Positions 25,401 to 37,165 of a stretch of 64,000 nt of DNA are shown one piece after another. Position 1 is the first letter of the stretch; the number at the start of each line of letters is the position of its first letter. The stretch comes from Bilabrum cf. latius (taxonomy: Eukaryota). A model generated the notes under the pieces. It saw nothing but the letters and a program-made list of their open reading frames with translations. It did not search any database and was not told the DNA's origin. The stretch spans positions 1,116,001-1,180,000 of the forward strand of contig OZ237747.1 of assembly GCA_965178125.1 (NCBI GenBank). Direction: 5' to 3'. The position numbers and the translations under genes were made by a program.

Positions 25401-27147
25401 TCACCCTTATGCCCTTTCCCGGAAGGATGGACATTCTGAAGATCCAATCAAGGGCCTGCATGGACTCCTCAGGTGTGGGAGTCCTGCTCGCGAGGAGTCT
25501 GATCACGACGAGTGGGTCTAGCTGGCCAACATGCCTGGTGTCTCCTTTGGGCAAGACTGGGTCTCTAACCTGCCTGACATGGAACACTGCTGTTTTGACA
25601 TGTCTGCCTCTTCAGCAGCTAGGCAGGTAGCCCCGGCTGCCTTTCCAGCTTTGCTGCAGCCGGAGCTGACCGAAGCTCGTCCAATCGATAGAACTGCCGG
25701 TGCCTGTGCTGCAGATGATATCTGGCGGACCGTAACTTCTGGATACCCAACGCCCACGCCTGCACGGCGGCTGCTCCCTCACCAGGTCCAACTGACACAG
25801 CAGGCGGGGACTGAATACCACGAGGAGGCGGACCGGGAGTTCGCCGAAAATTCAAGAATGCAGTGGGAACAAGCCAACGAGCATGCAAGCGCTTTATGCA
25901 CGAATAGGTCCCCAGGCAACGTCGCAGCTGCACTCGCTGACACTAATCAGGGCCAAGAAGTGGACTACGGCTGCTGGGTGGCAGCTGCAACTTTTCGTGT
26001 CACTACTAGTGCCACACTCCAGAGGGTTCACAAGGTGGGAATCCGCATCGGCCAGGGTCTGGCACCAACGAATTTCAAACAGCCTGCCCAGGGACTAACA
26101 GAGCCAAACTTCTTTGTTGAGGACAAGGCCGAGGCAGATCCCCGCGATTTGATTGATCAGGAGCAAGCTGGTGACACCGTGCTGGGCAGCAACGTCGGGT
26201 GGGGCTATCATGGCGTGGAGGGCGACACCCACTTGGAGCTCAATGACGAGTTGGACCATTGTGCCAACGGCAGGTTGAGTTTCTGCGGTGAGCAAGGCGA
26301 CACCCGCCTGGACATCCAGGGCTTCTTTGAAATGGAGGAGGCAAGCGCCTCCAATGGTGCGTCTAGTGCCCAGGGCGAGCAGCAGGAAGATCTTTTTTAT
26401 GACCTGAAGTGGGCAGATCGGGCCGACTACCAGTCGGCCGTGGCAGGCGAGAGCAGTGGCCGCGATCGGTCGTCCCAGTCCACTTCGGCAGGGTCCGAGA
26501 GCGACGACCTAAATGTGCCGATTGAGTGGAGCGTTACCGATGACCCCGAGAGTCTTGTCCGCTTTGGTGTCGCTGTGCGTTTAGGTGATGATTCCGGCCG
26601 GACGAACTCCAGTGGTCAGCAGACTGAGCCACACCAGGTTGAGCTAAAGGAGGAGGACGATTCTGCCGGACTTGCCCAGTCCCCCGCGCGGCCATCGTCG
26701 CCCAGGCGCAGGCGCAGCTCCATCGCCCACGGCAGAGCGGTTGTCCACGACGGAATCTTGCCCCTGCGTGACGAGCGTGTACTGGCAACCAGGCGCAGGT
26801 CGAACTCGATGAACCACGACCAGCGAAGCCCGCTCAGAATCACCGTACCAGCGATGAACCAGGGATGCAGGGACCCCGGCAAGAGTCATGCCGAGGTGTC
26901 GCCCCATGGCGATACCTCTGTGGGAGAGGCAAGCGTACTGACCGGGCTTACAGCACTCGACCAAACGCCTGTTGTGAACCCATTAACTCGGCAGCGGTCA
27001 CCTGGAGAAGCCAGCAGCTTGTCCTGCGCTACCGTGCGCTCGGAGCCGAGTGACGACTCAGCCCGTTCCCGTGCCTTCTTTCCGCCAGACAATGACTGGT
27101 GGGGGATGATGGCCGACACCTGTGGAGTGTGGATCTACGGTGTGTGA
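22483..27147 (+). CDS. Orphan ~1554-aa low-complexity repeat protein ending DWWGMMADTCGVWIYGV
   Basis: ATG 22483 to TGA 27145-27147 with 13 TAGs and no TAA/TGA, joining ORFs 22609, 23275, 24502, 24733, 25339 and 25531. Confidence 0.75.
22612..22777 (+). repeat. 51-bp coding repeat, ~3 copies (EPAEAELSVAEAGIAGP)
   Basis: Period 51 (22642, 22693, 22744). Confidence 0.9.
23398..24228 (+). repeat. 75-bp coding minisatellite, 11 copies (QTESEPHMGPIQAQPDASQTTGASA)
   Basis: Near-identical tandem units. Confidence 0.95.
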
Positions 27148-29475
27148 GCCGCTCGAGTGGAATCACGGCGAGGGCCCGCACGGGGACGCTCGCCAGAGTC
27201 TCCCAGGCTTGGGCCCTTAAATTTAAATCTTTGCTTGTAAACTGAGTCGCTACTATATGCATGCAGCTGGATAACGATCGCAATGGGATGCTTGTGCTCA
27301 TCTGAATGAGTGCAATCTTTCCTGGTCGACCCAGCTGCACAATGGCTTTGAACCAGTGGGTGTCAAAGGCTGCATTAAAGTTATGCAGCGGTGTCGGCAA
27401 CACGACTCAGATGCGGTTACAGGATCTGGATCGTGCTGAAGTCAATCTGTTTTTTTTTCCTCCGGGCATTTGATGCTACCGCAAACAGTAGAAAATGCGT
27501 TCAGAGTTTAAAGGAAAGCAAGCATGGGTTTGAGGACCGAGCGGCGCTCCTCGTTCCAATGGAGATAACACCTCAAATCCTGGGATAAGACATCCTGGGA
27601 TAACACCCCAAAATCTCGCAGACAGTCACACATCGATACACTTGGTTCCTCCGAGAACCCATCCTCAAAGTTACCTGGTATCAAAAAACTGGCGAGCGCT
27701 GTCCCACAGAGCTCGAGTAACCCGTAACACGCGGCTTGATTGCCGCTCAAGTTAAATTGTGGACGCCCAACTTCTTCATCCTCCCGCACGTGGTCGCGTG
27801 ATCCGATCCCCTGATCCGAGTCACCAGGGACCCACACGCCCGCACCTCCACCTCAAACTGCCCGGCCTGTGCCTACCCCTTCCAATCCGGATTCCGGATC
27901 CGCCGTATCAACCAGATACACCCACCAATTTGTCCTCCTCCTTTGCTCCCTCACCCACTTGGTGAACCGTCACCCTCCCTACTCCGCGCTCACCTCCTTT
28001 GTACGCCCCTAGCTGCCGGTCCTGCTCGTACCTCCCTGGACTGGGCTTCTCGACTGCTCTGCCCTCTGCGTCGCTGCGTAGCATCTGATGCTGCAACTCT
28101 AGTGGGTACTACGAGCAACGCGAGACCTTGAGACCGCCTTAGCCTCACTTACTGCTTGCGACCTTTCTGAGCCGCGGTAGCCAACTGCAGAACTAAGTGA
28201 AAGATTCCATAACTCCTGGGTGAGCACCTGTAGCAATCCGGATCAACCGACCAATTATGCTTGATAGGGCTATCGAGACATAAAGTGCCGTGTCCAGTGT
28301 GTTTCCCTGTGTGTTCCGTGCATTTTATGTTCTGTTTGCCTAATGCGCTTCACGCTGTGAAACAGACAAAGTGCGAGCTGCATCCATCCAAGGCATAGAA
28401 TCGCATCAACTCCTTCACGCTCTGTAGCTTCTGACGGCACTGCTCTTTCCGCTTTTTTTTGGTGTGGCCGATAGCACCCCTGGCACGGCTCAGATCGCCA
28501 TGAAGCACGGTATCCAGGATGGGCATCCACAGCGACAATGACCTCGAGAGCGTGCTGCTGTTAGTTATGCACGGCGGCCAGAATCCAGGTTCCACACTTC
28601 GATGTCGCAGTGCTTACAGTTGCAATAATGTCGATTGGGTTGACCTGAAAAGGGGCCTCCTTGTTCTAGTAGGCCGAGAAACTGTCTATTTATCACATGT
28701 TCTCTGCGATGACTTAAGAATCCGAGGGCTTCTACATCACCCCAACGTTGCAGGGCAGCACGTCCGGCGGGCCATCTAGATCCACTGAGGACCCATTTTA
28801 CCCAGGTGAGCGTTCGAGAAGCGTCAGCGCTAACGTTCCCTCCGAGTCCGTTGTCCGCCGCTGGCACCACGTTCTGCTGCCCGTTTTGGTCCGACCCTGC
28901 CTTGACGTTGGCAACCACCATGGCGAGGTTGTTGTTTTCGGTTGCTAAGCCAATCCTCCCAATCCGCCCTGACGAGCGCCCTTATGGTCTTCGCTGCAGC
29001 CCTCCTCGAACTCATCGAGACAAAGAGAGGATCCTTGAGTGGTACTGTATGACCCGTGTGTACATAGCGTTGTGCACCCGCTGCTCCGTACGAATCACCA
29101 GGTGGACAAAATGAGTTGCGTGTACACTACAATCTGATTAATACAAATATCCAGGAAAACGGCAATCATGGCTTTTTGTTCGAGTTTTCTCGAAGACGCA
29201 TCTTAAAATTAGCATTTCTGTATCATAATCACATCATCCGTGAGGTTTTGAGTGTTTGATGGCCTCAAATACAATAGCAGCAGCTCGTTCTTGCCCGTGA
29301 CCTCAATCCACTTAATTCAATTTTATAACCCTAAAGCTTGAGGGCCCTCTGACTGCCTAACTTATAAAAAGATTCATAGTCTATCAGAAGCGTAGTTACT
29401 TTGGTGATAGTCTCTAATGTCACGCACTATGACTTGGCATCTCCCCAGAAAGAGCGTCTCAGTTTTTTCAGCTCC

Positions 29476-32110
29476 ATGGATGGTTTAATTGCTCTTGGCA
29501 CACATTCAATGCTGACTACAGTTGATAGTGTAGTCATCAACGTTTATTTCGCAGTGAGTTGGACTATATACGCACATCACCTCAGGATAGCGGCACCGCA
29601 CGCGCTTTGGCCATGCTGTGCAACTTACAGGAAGCATTTCGTCGTGATGCTACAGCATTGTCTGGAACGTCGATCGATCGCGTCTATAGGCTGTGGTGTG
29701 GCCCAGAACCACCCCAAGTACAGCTTGGCTAGCCCATGGTCGCACCGCAACTAGACACCGTGAGATGTCGGACGCACAGCATGGATGTAACTGTTTCACG
29801 GGCCCCAGCCCCCGACTACCGGCTACTCTAGTCAACTTATACGAATTGATCTCTTGATTGTTGCAGGAGTATTGGATGTTGTCGAGTTAGTATGATGAGG
29901 CCGGATATGACTACACGGCATGCACGCCATGTGCAACTCTCACGCTAGCGCTTCTATGCATCGCGGTGGTAATCGGAAAGATTCTGTATCAGTGCGGCAG
30001 ACTTGCGGTCTGCAGGCTTGCAAGGCTCACGCAGCAGCTTGACTAGAAAGCTGGAGCCGCACCGCAGCAGAAAGCGAGTAACTAGCCTATTGCCGAGGCT
30101 TCAGCGATCCCGGCAGGAAGGGGCAAACCGAATGACAACGATCAGTTCGGATGTGAGGAAGATCCTGGTGGGTCTCCCGCATCGCAGGATCGTGAGCAGT
30201 AGGACACGGACGACGACCCCGCAATGCCTGAGAATGATCAAGATGCGATCGATGCATGCGGCTCCTGCGCTGGTGGTGATCGCAGTCCCGCAAAATTGGA
30301 CCGAGAGTGCGACACCAACACGAGCAGCCTAGGCGCTCGACCGATCAGCAGGCAGGCTCTTGTACCCGTACCTCAGAATCCGACCGTGCCAGACAGCATC
30401 AAAGTCGTGATTACGCCCGATACTGAAGTAGCAGTCATGAAGTGCTAGCAACAGACCGGTGCATTGGCAGTCGACAATACGCCGAAGCCTAGGAAGTTGG
30501 AACAGTGCGGCATGTCCTCCTACGTAGGTGCTGTCAACGTGTCACCTGGATGCACGACGTCATCGAGGCCCACGGTCGTGGTTTGCGGGCAGCTCAGACC
30601 GTCCCCTCCCGATGAGAATCTGACTGCCGACTTGGGGGTTACGGGTGGTCCCGGTGGTGCGGATGAATCCATGCCCCCGCCAGCGCAAGAAGACAATAGT
30701 GCCACACCTCCTGTGAACAACAGCGAGGTTGCTGCTCAAGAGAGTGATAGTGGGCAGACAACCAACGGCGAGGCCAGCGAAAACCTGCCAGTGGTGCTGG
30801 CCGGCTGCCCAGCGCCAGCGCCAATCAATGGAAGCAGGGATGTCGTTGTGCTCTTGTCATATTACGGTGAGCTCTGGGCGGTTGATGCAAACAGTGGTAT
30901 ACGTCCACTGGAGCCATCTCACGAGCAACTAGGTGAGGATCTGGAGCTTGCCGGTTTGAGTCGCCAAGCATGTGAGGAGACCCCATTCGAGCTTCAGGAA
31001 GAGCGGGTCCGTGAGGAGCAACACCCTGCTGTCAGAGTTGCCGGCTTTTGTGGAAGCATGAAGAAGCTAAGTTTATGTCGGAAGTCAACTGACTTGCCCC
31101 CTGAGTGTTCTGCTTGTGTGGGTGGGCAGTATCCTACGACCCAAGCAGACCAATCAATGTCCCCGAACAAGAGAGAAGGGGGGTGGCTAGGGGCTCACCC
31201 AGTCGAAGACTCGGCGGCTAACTTGGACCACTTGTGGCCAAAGGGTCTGAAGGCCATGGGAAACTCCGGGGATGCGTCAACAGAGATGCCGCCCCCCCTC
31301 GAACAAGACCAGCTTCGACAAGAGTCGGAGACTGGGATCATGGACAGTGACAGCGCGGACCAGCAGGAAGCTGAAGACTCGGAAGGATCCTGGGACCAGG
31401 CATTCGAGCAGGCAGAGTCTAGTGCCAATGGTAAAGCTGTCGACACAATCTTTGGTAGCTTGATGCACCCCCCAGATACCGAAATGGAGAGCAATGCCTA
31501 GTCGCATGGGTGGGGCGTCACTGATAAACCCAAGATTCTGATTCGTCAAAACGTTGCTGTGAAAGCGCGCGACACTTCCGGCATATTGCACTCCAGTGGT
31601 TAGCCGTTGGGGTCTCAGCGCGCTGTGGGTACGCGTGCCGGAGCTGGTGATTGCAGACTCACGCCCCCACGTGACGAACGCAATCCTGGAGCCAGGAACA
31701 GGTCCAGCCCGATGATTTGCAACGCAAGCACGCCGATACAGCGAATGCAGCTCAGAATCTCCGTGCCAGAGGGGAACCTGAACCAGGCACGCGGTGGCCA
31801 GGGCGAGAGTCAGGTTGAAGTGTTGCCGCGGGAGGGCACGCCATTGGCAGAGGCAAGCGTATCGGTCCACCATGAATCGCTCGAAGAGGCAACGGCGGCA
31901 AACCAGCTGACGCGGCAGAGGTCGTCTGGGGAAGCCAGCAGTTTGTCCTGCGCTACCGTGCGCTCGGAGCCGAGCGCCGACTCAGCCCGTTCCCGTGCGT
32001 TCTTCCCACCAGAGAATGACTCAGCACGTTCCCGTGCTTTCTTCCCACCAGACTATGACTGGTGGGGGCTGATGGCTGATATCTGCGGCGTGTGGATCTA
32101 CGGTGTGTGA
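29476..32110 (+). CDS. Orphan single-TM low-complexity protein; C-terminus paralogous to 22483..27147
   Basis: The last exon, 29867-32110, is open with TAGs only (ORFs 30224, 30464, 31607). Phase-0 introns are inferred at 29554-29630 (GTGAGT..CAG) and 29760-29866 (GTGAGA..CAG). Predicted TM segment LTLALLCIAVVIGKIL. The 5' exons are tentative. Confidence 0.6.
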
Positions 32111-32703
32111 GCCGCTCGAGTGGAATCACGGCGAGGGCCCACACGGGGACGCTCGCCAGAGTCTCCCAGGCTTGGACCCTTAAATAAATCTTTGCTTGTA
32201 AACGAAGTCGCTACTATATGCATGCAGCTGGATAACGATCGCTATGGGATGCTTGTGCTCATCAGAATGAGTGCAATCTTTCCTGGTCGACCCGGCTGCA
32301 TGGAGGGCTCCAAGGGTGGCCACATTAGATGCCGTCGGAGCGTGTCGGCTTGCTTGCTGCGACGAATCTGTGCCTCTTGTACTCAATAAAACATGTATGC
32401 TGCTTCTACAAACTTCAATTCAAAGCAATACAAACGCTCTTGTCTATCTACCTCGACCCGGAATCCGGATGGAGCTACCCGCAGGGTGGGCGTGGCGGGA
32501 TCTAGATCTAGATCCCACAGTGGACCGTGGCCATACCACGGGCTTGCGCACGATATCAATGACAAATACAGCGCAAAGGCCCGCCGCATGGACCCGGACA
32601 GCTAGCGACGCGGACGCAGTCATCCTGTGACCCGCGAGCTCCGCACCTGTGAGGAGGACACCCGGGATACGCCCGGTCCATATTCAACCCCAGCACAGAG
32701 GTA

Positions 32704-34613
32704 TCAGAACTTGGTGTACCCAGCCTTGTCCCACAGGCCGTCGCACACCTCCGATTCCCTCGCGCGCTGCACCTCAAGAGGGATATCCAGGCTCATGCTC
32801 AGGTCGGAGGAGGCCGAGTAGGCAGGCCAGTCGACCGCCCCGAGAGTCGCGTTGCCGAGGAGGGCCCCAGAGGCAGCGTCGACCCTGCCGTGGGCAAAAC
32901 CGGACCAGTAGGCCCGCAGCTGGTCCTCGAGGGCGTGCTCAGCCTCCGTGGGCTTGTAGAAGAAATCCGCAGACCCGAAGAGGAGAGGCAGCTCGGACCC
33001 GTGGCACACCTGGGTTGAGTTCATCCAGCAAAACGTACAGTTTTTGCCCCAGCAATCGAAGCTCAACGGGTGGTCAAAGGTGTACAGGTACACCTGGCCC
33101 CCACCGGCCTTGTGATCCGCCAGACCCCGCGCGATGGCCCGGTTAGAGCAGCGGAAGACGTACTCAGTGCCTATGAGACTCATGTGGTCCCGCGCGTCCG
33201 ACACCCCGCCAGGGAGTGGGTAATAGTCCTGGACCTGCTGGGACCAGTTGCCGAAGAGGAGCACGCGGACGCCCTCATACTCGAGAGGGGAGATTACCTC
33301 GGGCAGGGGCTCGTAGATGAACTGCCTCGCGTCGTTGCGCGTGTCACCCAGCATGACCGCTTTGTCCTGCCCGAACTTGCCGGCGAGTACGAGGTCAAGG
33401 GGCTGCCCAGGCACGTCCACCGTGCCGACCACCGGGCTGTACGTGTACACCTGCTCGATGAGGCCCGGGAGCTGCAGGGGCAGCCCCGCATGGAACTGAA
33501 CGGACACTACCTCCTCGGCGGTCTTGCCCCGCATGCACTTGATCCTCGCCTGGGGGTCCGTGGTGCCGTTGCAGCCCAGCAGGCCGGCCAGCTTCAGGCC
33601 CTGGTACTGCGCCCCGGTCACATTCTTGTACCCTCGTACCCGATCGAGGCCGGGTTGCTCTGGCTGATGACCCTTGAGAACAGAGGCCACGAGGGGGGCG
33701 ACACCAGGTGAGCCGCCACGGAGCCCCGCCTGCCGACTGCCCGAATATGGTGACCCGGCCGGGGTCGCCTCCGAACTGCTGGATGTTGTCACGGACCCAC
33801 TCCAGGGCCAGCCGCTGGTCCAGGAGCCCCAAGTTGCATGGAAGACCGTCCCAGCAGGCGAACCCCAGCGCGCCGATCCTGTAGTTGAGGAGCACGACGA
33901 CCACGTCGCCTTGGGATGCCAGCTTGCTGCCGTCGTAAAGCTCAGCATTACCCGCCATGACGTCGTAGTTTCCTCCCGTGATCCAGAACATAACGGGTTT
34001 GAGGCTGCCAGCCGTCGTGGTGTTGCGCTCCTGGGCAGGCGATGCCAGACCACCGGTTGGCGCGAACACAGAGAGCCGCAGACAGTCCTCGCTTGTTATT
34101 GGTGGGCATACATGGGGCTCGTCGTGGCAATGTTGCGGGCAGCCCGGCCCGTAGTCCCACGCGACGACCGTCTCCCCGTGACTAGGCGAATGCGGCGTAG
34201 GCATTGCCCAGCGGAGATCCCCAAGGGGTGGCTGAGCGTACCGTATCCCTTTGAACCACTGCATTGCTTTGAATTAGAGCATGGCGCTAGGCAAGATTCT
34301 GTCTATGCCGGCTACGACACTGCAATTGGCACGATATTAGTTGGCAAGGAGCTGAGTCAACGATCGCTGCGCCAAGCACTCCACTAGCACATGCGCTGAT
34401 CCATATACGGATTACACTTACTGAAACAGTTTGTTCGAGTCCTTCCGAGCGCGTTTTCCCTATTATTGTAGCTTCGGCGAAGGAAGGAAGCTACACGGTT
34501 GCGTTCGGGAGTGTTTGCGGATCGGGTGGCGGGGACTATGCTGACGTCGAGCCAAGGCAGATGCAAGCAATGGCGCAACATTTCTGCAGTGAAATGTAAC
34601 GGATCCATGACAT
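32704..34613 (-). CDS. Secreted type-B carboxylesterase/lipase (acetylcholinesterase-like fold), with two apparent 1-nt frameshifts
   Basis: Motifs FKGIRYAQPP, SEDCL, NYRIG, GLLDQ, FGQSAG, CHGSEL. Exon 1 (34613-34422) encodes a signal peptide and has 2 TAGs. Intron 34421-34259 (GTAAGT..CTAAT..CAG). Adding a G at 33724-33727 and at 33631-33633 restores SVAAHL..SQS. TGA stop. Confidence 0.85.
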
Positions 34614-35348
34614 TTCGCACGCGTGGAGTCCTCAGAGCTTCCAAAGGCAGTTGGTGCCGCGCACACTGCAGGCGGACTCCGGAACCACTGGCAGGACTCA
34701 TTGACAACACCAGCCTCGCGGCAGGAGCCGCTTGGCCAAGCGGACAAGAAGTGACGGCATCTCAAGTCTGTTGGCCAGACGTGCAAGCCCCGCATGTCAT
34801 GCAGGAGCCGCATACTACAGCTTGGTACTTGTAGGCGAAGGCAGGGCGTCACGACGAGCAGGCGGCTTGGAATGCAAGAGATCGGATCGACCCTACTTGG
34901 ACGTCGACGGTGACTAGCAGTATCGGATTTTGCGAATAGAAAGGCCAGGAAAGGCGGCTGGCACCTATTGGGCCTATCCAGGATTGATCTAGGCACGTTC
35001 AAGCCGACGTGGTGAACAGAACCATGGCTCACTTCCAGCACGTAGGCAATGGATACTTCAAAACCACGAATAGAAGTACTACGGGAGCCCCTTTATGAAT
35101 TGATTCTCCGTGAAATCAAGATGGCTTATCTGTGCTCGCTCTGTACCACGTCCCTGCTTCCCAAGCGGTGCTGCCGTGTCCATCTTCCATGCCCAGCCTA
35201 ATACGAACCGCTGCTTCTATCTGTCTCTTGCGAGCTGTACTTCACTCACTGTTGCAAGACCTGAAAAACCTTCGCACACCTGTCCAGTCGGCTAGTAGAC
35301 TGCACGTGTTGTGATGCTCTTGGGGGCAAGCTGGACTTGTATCGGCCA

Positions 35349-36032
35349 TCAGCCCGTGCCAACATCGGCAGCAGGTACAGTCAGATCTCTAGCTTGTACT
35401 GATACGACTCGAGTTATTGCTGTCCGTGCACGGCAACGGCAACACAAACAATCCAAAGCGCGGCCACAACTTGCTGCGCACGTCGCAACCACTGCCTGTG
35501 ACGCAGCTTGCCACTGGTCTTGGATCTCTGCAACCCTGAAAAAGTCGTCTTGTCGCTAGACTCGACGAACGAGCTTAAAGATCAGTCCGAAACACCCTAC
35601 CGGCATCACTCCGACTTTGACAATCCTCGAAATGACGATGTTGAGTGCCTGTTGCTGGTCTTGCGTAGTAACTGCGCAAGTAATAGCGACAGCCAGGACG
35701 CAGAGTCCAAACAGTCGTATAGGATTCCTTGGATTCAAGGAAGGGTCCTTAACGTTGGCTGCGAATATCGCAACAAAGGCAACCATGAAGAGCTATACAG
35801 TCACGGGTATTTGCGCCCCACTGGCTGCCACCAGAATCAATCCAGACAGGAGAAGTATAGCAGCAACGAGACTGTAATTAGACGCACACGCCGGATAGTC
35901 CATTAAGAGCTGGTTTCTTGCCCAAGCTGCAGCTATGAGGCCAGTTGGGCGAGCATGCACTGGGCGAGCATGCTCTGCTCCGGTTCCGGTTCCTGTGGTC
36001 GCACAATCATCACTGCAACGACGCGGTCGCAT
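35349..36032 (-). CDS. Possible small membrane protein, structure uncertain
   Basis: ORFs 35793..36032 and 35556..35786 join in frame across a TAG, with several hydrophobic stretches. The 3' end is unclear. Confidence 0.35.
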
Positions 36033-36240
36033 TTGGGATTACTAGTCTAGACTAACAACGACCTGAGGATGCACAAAATTGTGTAAAATAACCCAGGGAC
36101 ACCCGAACTATGGGAATACTTCATGTTTGCATCAAGCATCATCGACATCGATCGTCTTGCGGGGCTGCTTCATACCAACGCATTGCTAAGGTAGCTGAAT
36201 TCAGACCAACATTCGAAGCAGCGGCCGCAAAATTAAGCTC

Positions 36241-36849
36241 TTATGCTTTCTTGTACTTCATAGACGGCAAAATAACCGGCTCCCATGTTTCGCCGAAGGC
36301 AAAAGCAGGCTCCGGACGTTCCTTGCCTTCGCCAAACCCGTTTCGTTCTATTGCTGCTTCGGTTCGATCAAGCGCACTATCCAATTCCGTGAATTTCCCG
36401 TACCAACGTGCCGAAGCCAAGAACTTGGATGCAGAGGGGTCAGCAGACATGAATGCCTTGCTGAATTCTTGGAAGCTTGCATACTTGTACAAGGGAATCT
36501 TTGATCGAATTCGCTCTCTGGCTTCGTCTTCATCGATCCAATCAAGTCGAATATTGACTATGTACGGCTAGGATCCATCTCCCTGCTTAATCCACTGAAC
36601 ATGCAGCGTAACGAGAGCAACGTGGCCGCCGTCCACATCCTTCAGCAACCTCTCGAAGTGTATAACGTGAAGAGTGTGACCGAAAGGCACTAAATGCTCA
36701 GGAAGGTCACATTTATAAATGAATACGTCCCTATGCGTTCGTTGCTGACCACCAATGCCTTCGTCTCGGCGAAAGTTTCCGTGCACTGTACGTAGACGCA
36801 ACTCGGCTTCATGGCGCATTGGCTGCAATCCTTGCTACGCGTGCTCCAT
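36241..36849 (-). CDS. Hypothetical ~202-aa protein
   Basis: ATG 36849; two TAGs; joins ORFs 36568..36828 and 36241..36492 in frame; ends at TAA. Confidence 0.55.
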
Positions 36850-37165
36850 GCACGCTAGAATTCGTTATTTAAATGTCATTGCCGTGGCGGCGAGTCTTGG
36901 CAACGCCTGTGATCCAAATCAGAACCAATTTCCTCCAGGACGGCGCCGCGCATTCCAGCGTGGGTGGCTGACGGAACTTCTTGGCCTTTTCGCGGTTTCA
37001 TCGAGGGTGCTTCGATCATTTTCTGAACAAAGCAGCTTTCTGACAAGTCGTCTCCTGAAGCCGAGTTTTGTTAGTTAGCATATAATACACCACCTCAAAC
37101 CGATTATCTTGGTGATTACGACCGGGGAATCGAAGTACCAACCCGCCGTCTTATCCGGCTGTTTA

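Noticed and set aside
27400-29200. Possible gene or TE remnant (C-rich tract and broken frames)
   Set aside because: TGA/TAA stops occur in the frames I read and there is no recognisable motif, so no call can be supported.
32497-32516. Perfect 20-bp palindrome gggatctagatctagatccc
   Set aside because: It is built from a short self-complementary GATCTA duplication, with no associated structure.
34259-34421. In-frame TAA codons upstream of MQWFKG as evidence for TAA=Gln
   Set aside because: They lie inside a GTAAGT...CAG intron whose removal gives a signal peptide and a normal esterase N-terminus.
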